Assembly: GCA_009914755.4 (NCBI GenBank)
Contig: CP086569.2
Span: forward strand, 12,928,001-12,992,000
DNA length: 64,000 nucleotides
Source of the DNA: the human T2T-CHM13v2.0 reference genome, Homo sapiens
Reading direction: 5' to 3'
In this document: positions 62,240 to 64,000 of the stretch, piece by piece
Layout of the letters: the number at the start of each line of letters is the position of its first letter
How positions within the stretch are numbered: position 1 is the first letter of the stretch
Position numbers and translations under genes: made by a program
The notes under the pieces: generated by a model
The model's database searches: none
What the model saw: only the letters and a program-made list of their open reading frames with translations
What the model was told of the DNA's origin: nothing

Positions 62240-64000
62240 AAAATATAAAATGAAGATAAATCACAAGAATTCCTATACAGCAATAATAGGCAAACAGTGA
62301 GCTAAATCATGAGTGAACTCCCATTCACAATTACTACAAAAAGAATAAAAAATAAAAAATAAAAAAAGAATAAAATACCTAGGAATCCAACTTACAAGGA
62401 ATTTGAAGGACCTCTTTAAGGAGAAGTACAAACCGCTGCTCAATAAAATAAAAGAGGGCACAAACAAATGGAAGAACATTCCATGCTCATGGATAGGAAG
62501 AATCAATATCATGAAAATAGCCATATTTATAGATTCAATGCCATCCCCATCAAGCTACCAACGACTTTCTTCAGGGAATTGGAAAAAACTACTTCAAAGT
62601 TCATATGGAGCCAAAAAAGAGCCCTCATAGCCAAGACAATCCTAAGCAAAAAGAACAAAGCTGTAGGCATCATACTACCTGACTTCAAACTACTCTACAA
62701 GGCTACAGCAACCAAAACAGCCTGGTACTGGTACCCAAACAGATGTATAGACCAATGGAATAGAACAGAGGCCTCAGAAATAACACCATACATCTACAAC
62801 CATCTGATCTTTGACAAACCTGACAAAAACAAGAAATGGGGAATGGATTCCCTATTTAATAAATGGTGCTGGGAAAACTGGCTAGCAATATGTAGAAAGC
62901 TGAAACTGGATCCCTTCCATACACCATACACAAAAATTAACTCAAGATGGATTAAAGACTTAAATGTAAGACCTAATACCATAAAAACCCTAGAAGAAAA
63001 CCTAGGCAATACCATTCAGGACATAGGTATAGGCAAAGACTTGATGAATAAAACACAAAAGCAATGGCAACAAAAGCCAAACCAGACAAATGGGATCTAA
63101 TTAAACTAAAGAACTTCCATACAGCAAAAGAAACTATCATTGGAGTGAACAGGCAACCTAGAGAATAGCAGAAATTTTTTGCAATCTACCCATCAGACAA
63201 AGGGCTAATATCCAGACTCTACAGAGAACTTAAACAAATTTACAAGAAAAAAGCAAACAACCCCATCAAAAAGTGGCAAAGGATATGAACAGACACCTCT
63301 CAAAAGATGATATTTATTCAGCCAACAGACACATGAAAAAAGGCTCATCATCACTGGTCATCAGAGAAATGCAAGTCAAAACCACAATGAGATACATTCT
63401 CATGCCAGTTAGAATAGTGGTCATTAAAAAGTCAGGAAACAACAGATGCTGGAGAGGATGTGGAAAAATAGGAATGCTTTTGCACTGTTGGTGGGAGTGT
63501 AAACTAGTTCAACCATTGTGGAAGACAGTGTGGTGATTCCTCAAGGATCTAGAATTAGAAATACCATTTGACCCAATGAGCTCATTACTGGGTATATACC
63601 TAAAGGATTATAAATCATGCAGCACTATTCACAATAGCAAAGTTTTGGAACCAACCTGAATATACATCCAGGATAGACTGGATTAAGAAAATATGGCATA
63701 TACACACCATGGAATACTATGCAGCCATAAAAAAGGATGAGTTCATGTCCTTTGCAGGAACATGGATGAAGATGGGAACCATTATTCTAAGCAAGCTATC
63801 ACAAGGACAGAGCACCAAATACTGCATGTTCTCACTCACAGATGGGAGTTGAACAATGAAAGCACATGGACACAAGGTGGGGAACTTCACACACCGGGGC
63901 CTGTCAGGGTATGGGAAGCTGGGGAAGGGATAGATAATTTCTAATTATATTTACATTGGGAGAAATACATAATGTAAATGACAAGATGATGGGTGCGGCA
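62240..64000 (+). mobile_element. LINE-1 (older L1PA-type) ORF2 3' portion, 5' truncated, continuing beyond the window end
   Basis: Track ORFs 62468..63100 (…[72 protein letters not shown]…[21 protein letters not shown]…) and 63273..63536 (…[61 protein letters not shown]). An internal A-rich insertion lies at 62337-62375. Confidence 0.9.

Overview
This window looks like primate, most likely human, nuclear DNA from an AT-rich, gene-poor stretch that is mostly interspersed repeats. I found no prokaryotic-type system, rRNA, tRNA, CRISPR array, CpG island or convincing host protein-coding exon. Every long ORF in the supplied track is either a decayed LINE-1 ORF1/ORF2 (sense or antisense) or a translation of low-complexity DNA.

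What is recognisable:
- About 19 Alu elements, including three AluY copies with clean target-site duplications.
- At least 12 LINE-1 pieces, 11 of them on the + strand. Two are full-length but dead L1PA copies (18343-24480 and 36496-42376).
- About 10 ERVL-MaLR solo LTRs of THE1/MST and MLT1 type.
- Several microsatellites and one roughly 950 bp minisatellite.

The most interesting observations are structural rather than functional:
- An L1 carrying a textbook twin-priming 5' inversion sits inside an older L1, flanked by a perfect 12 bp target-site duplication (11420-15863).
- A full-length L1 is followed head-to-tail by a 5'-truncated L1 that shares derived variants with it (18343-26678).
- Several pairs of unexplained direct repeats lie next to a palindromic MITE-like element.
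- There are long mirror polypurine and polypyrimidine tracts.

Coordinates are read by eye and should be taken as about +/-10 bp. Repeat-family names come from my memory of the consensus sequences, not from a search.
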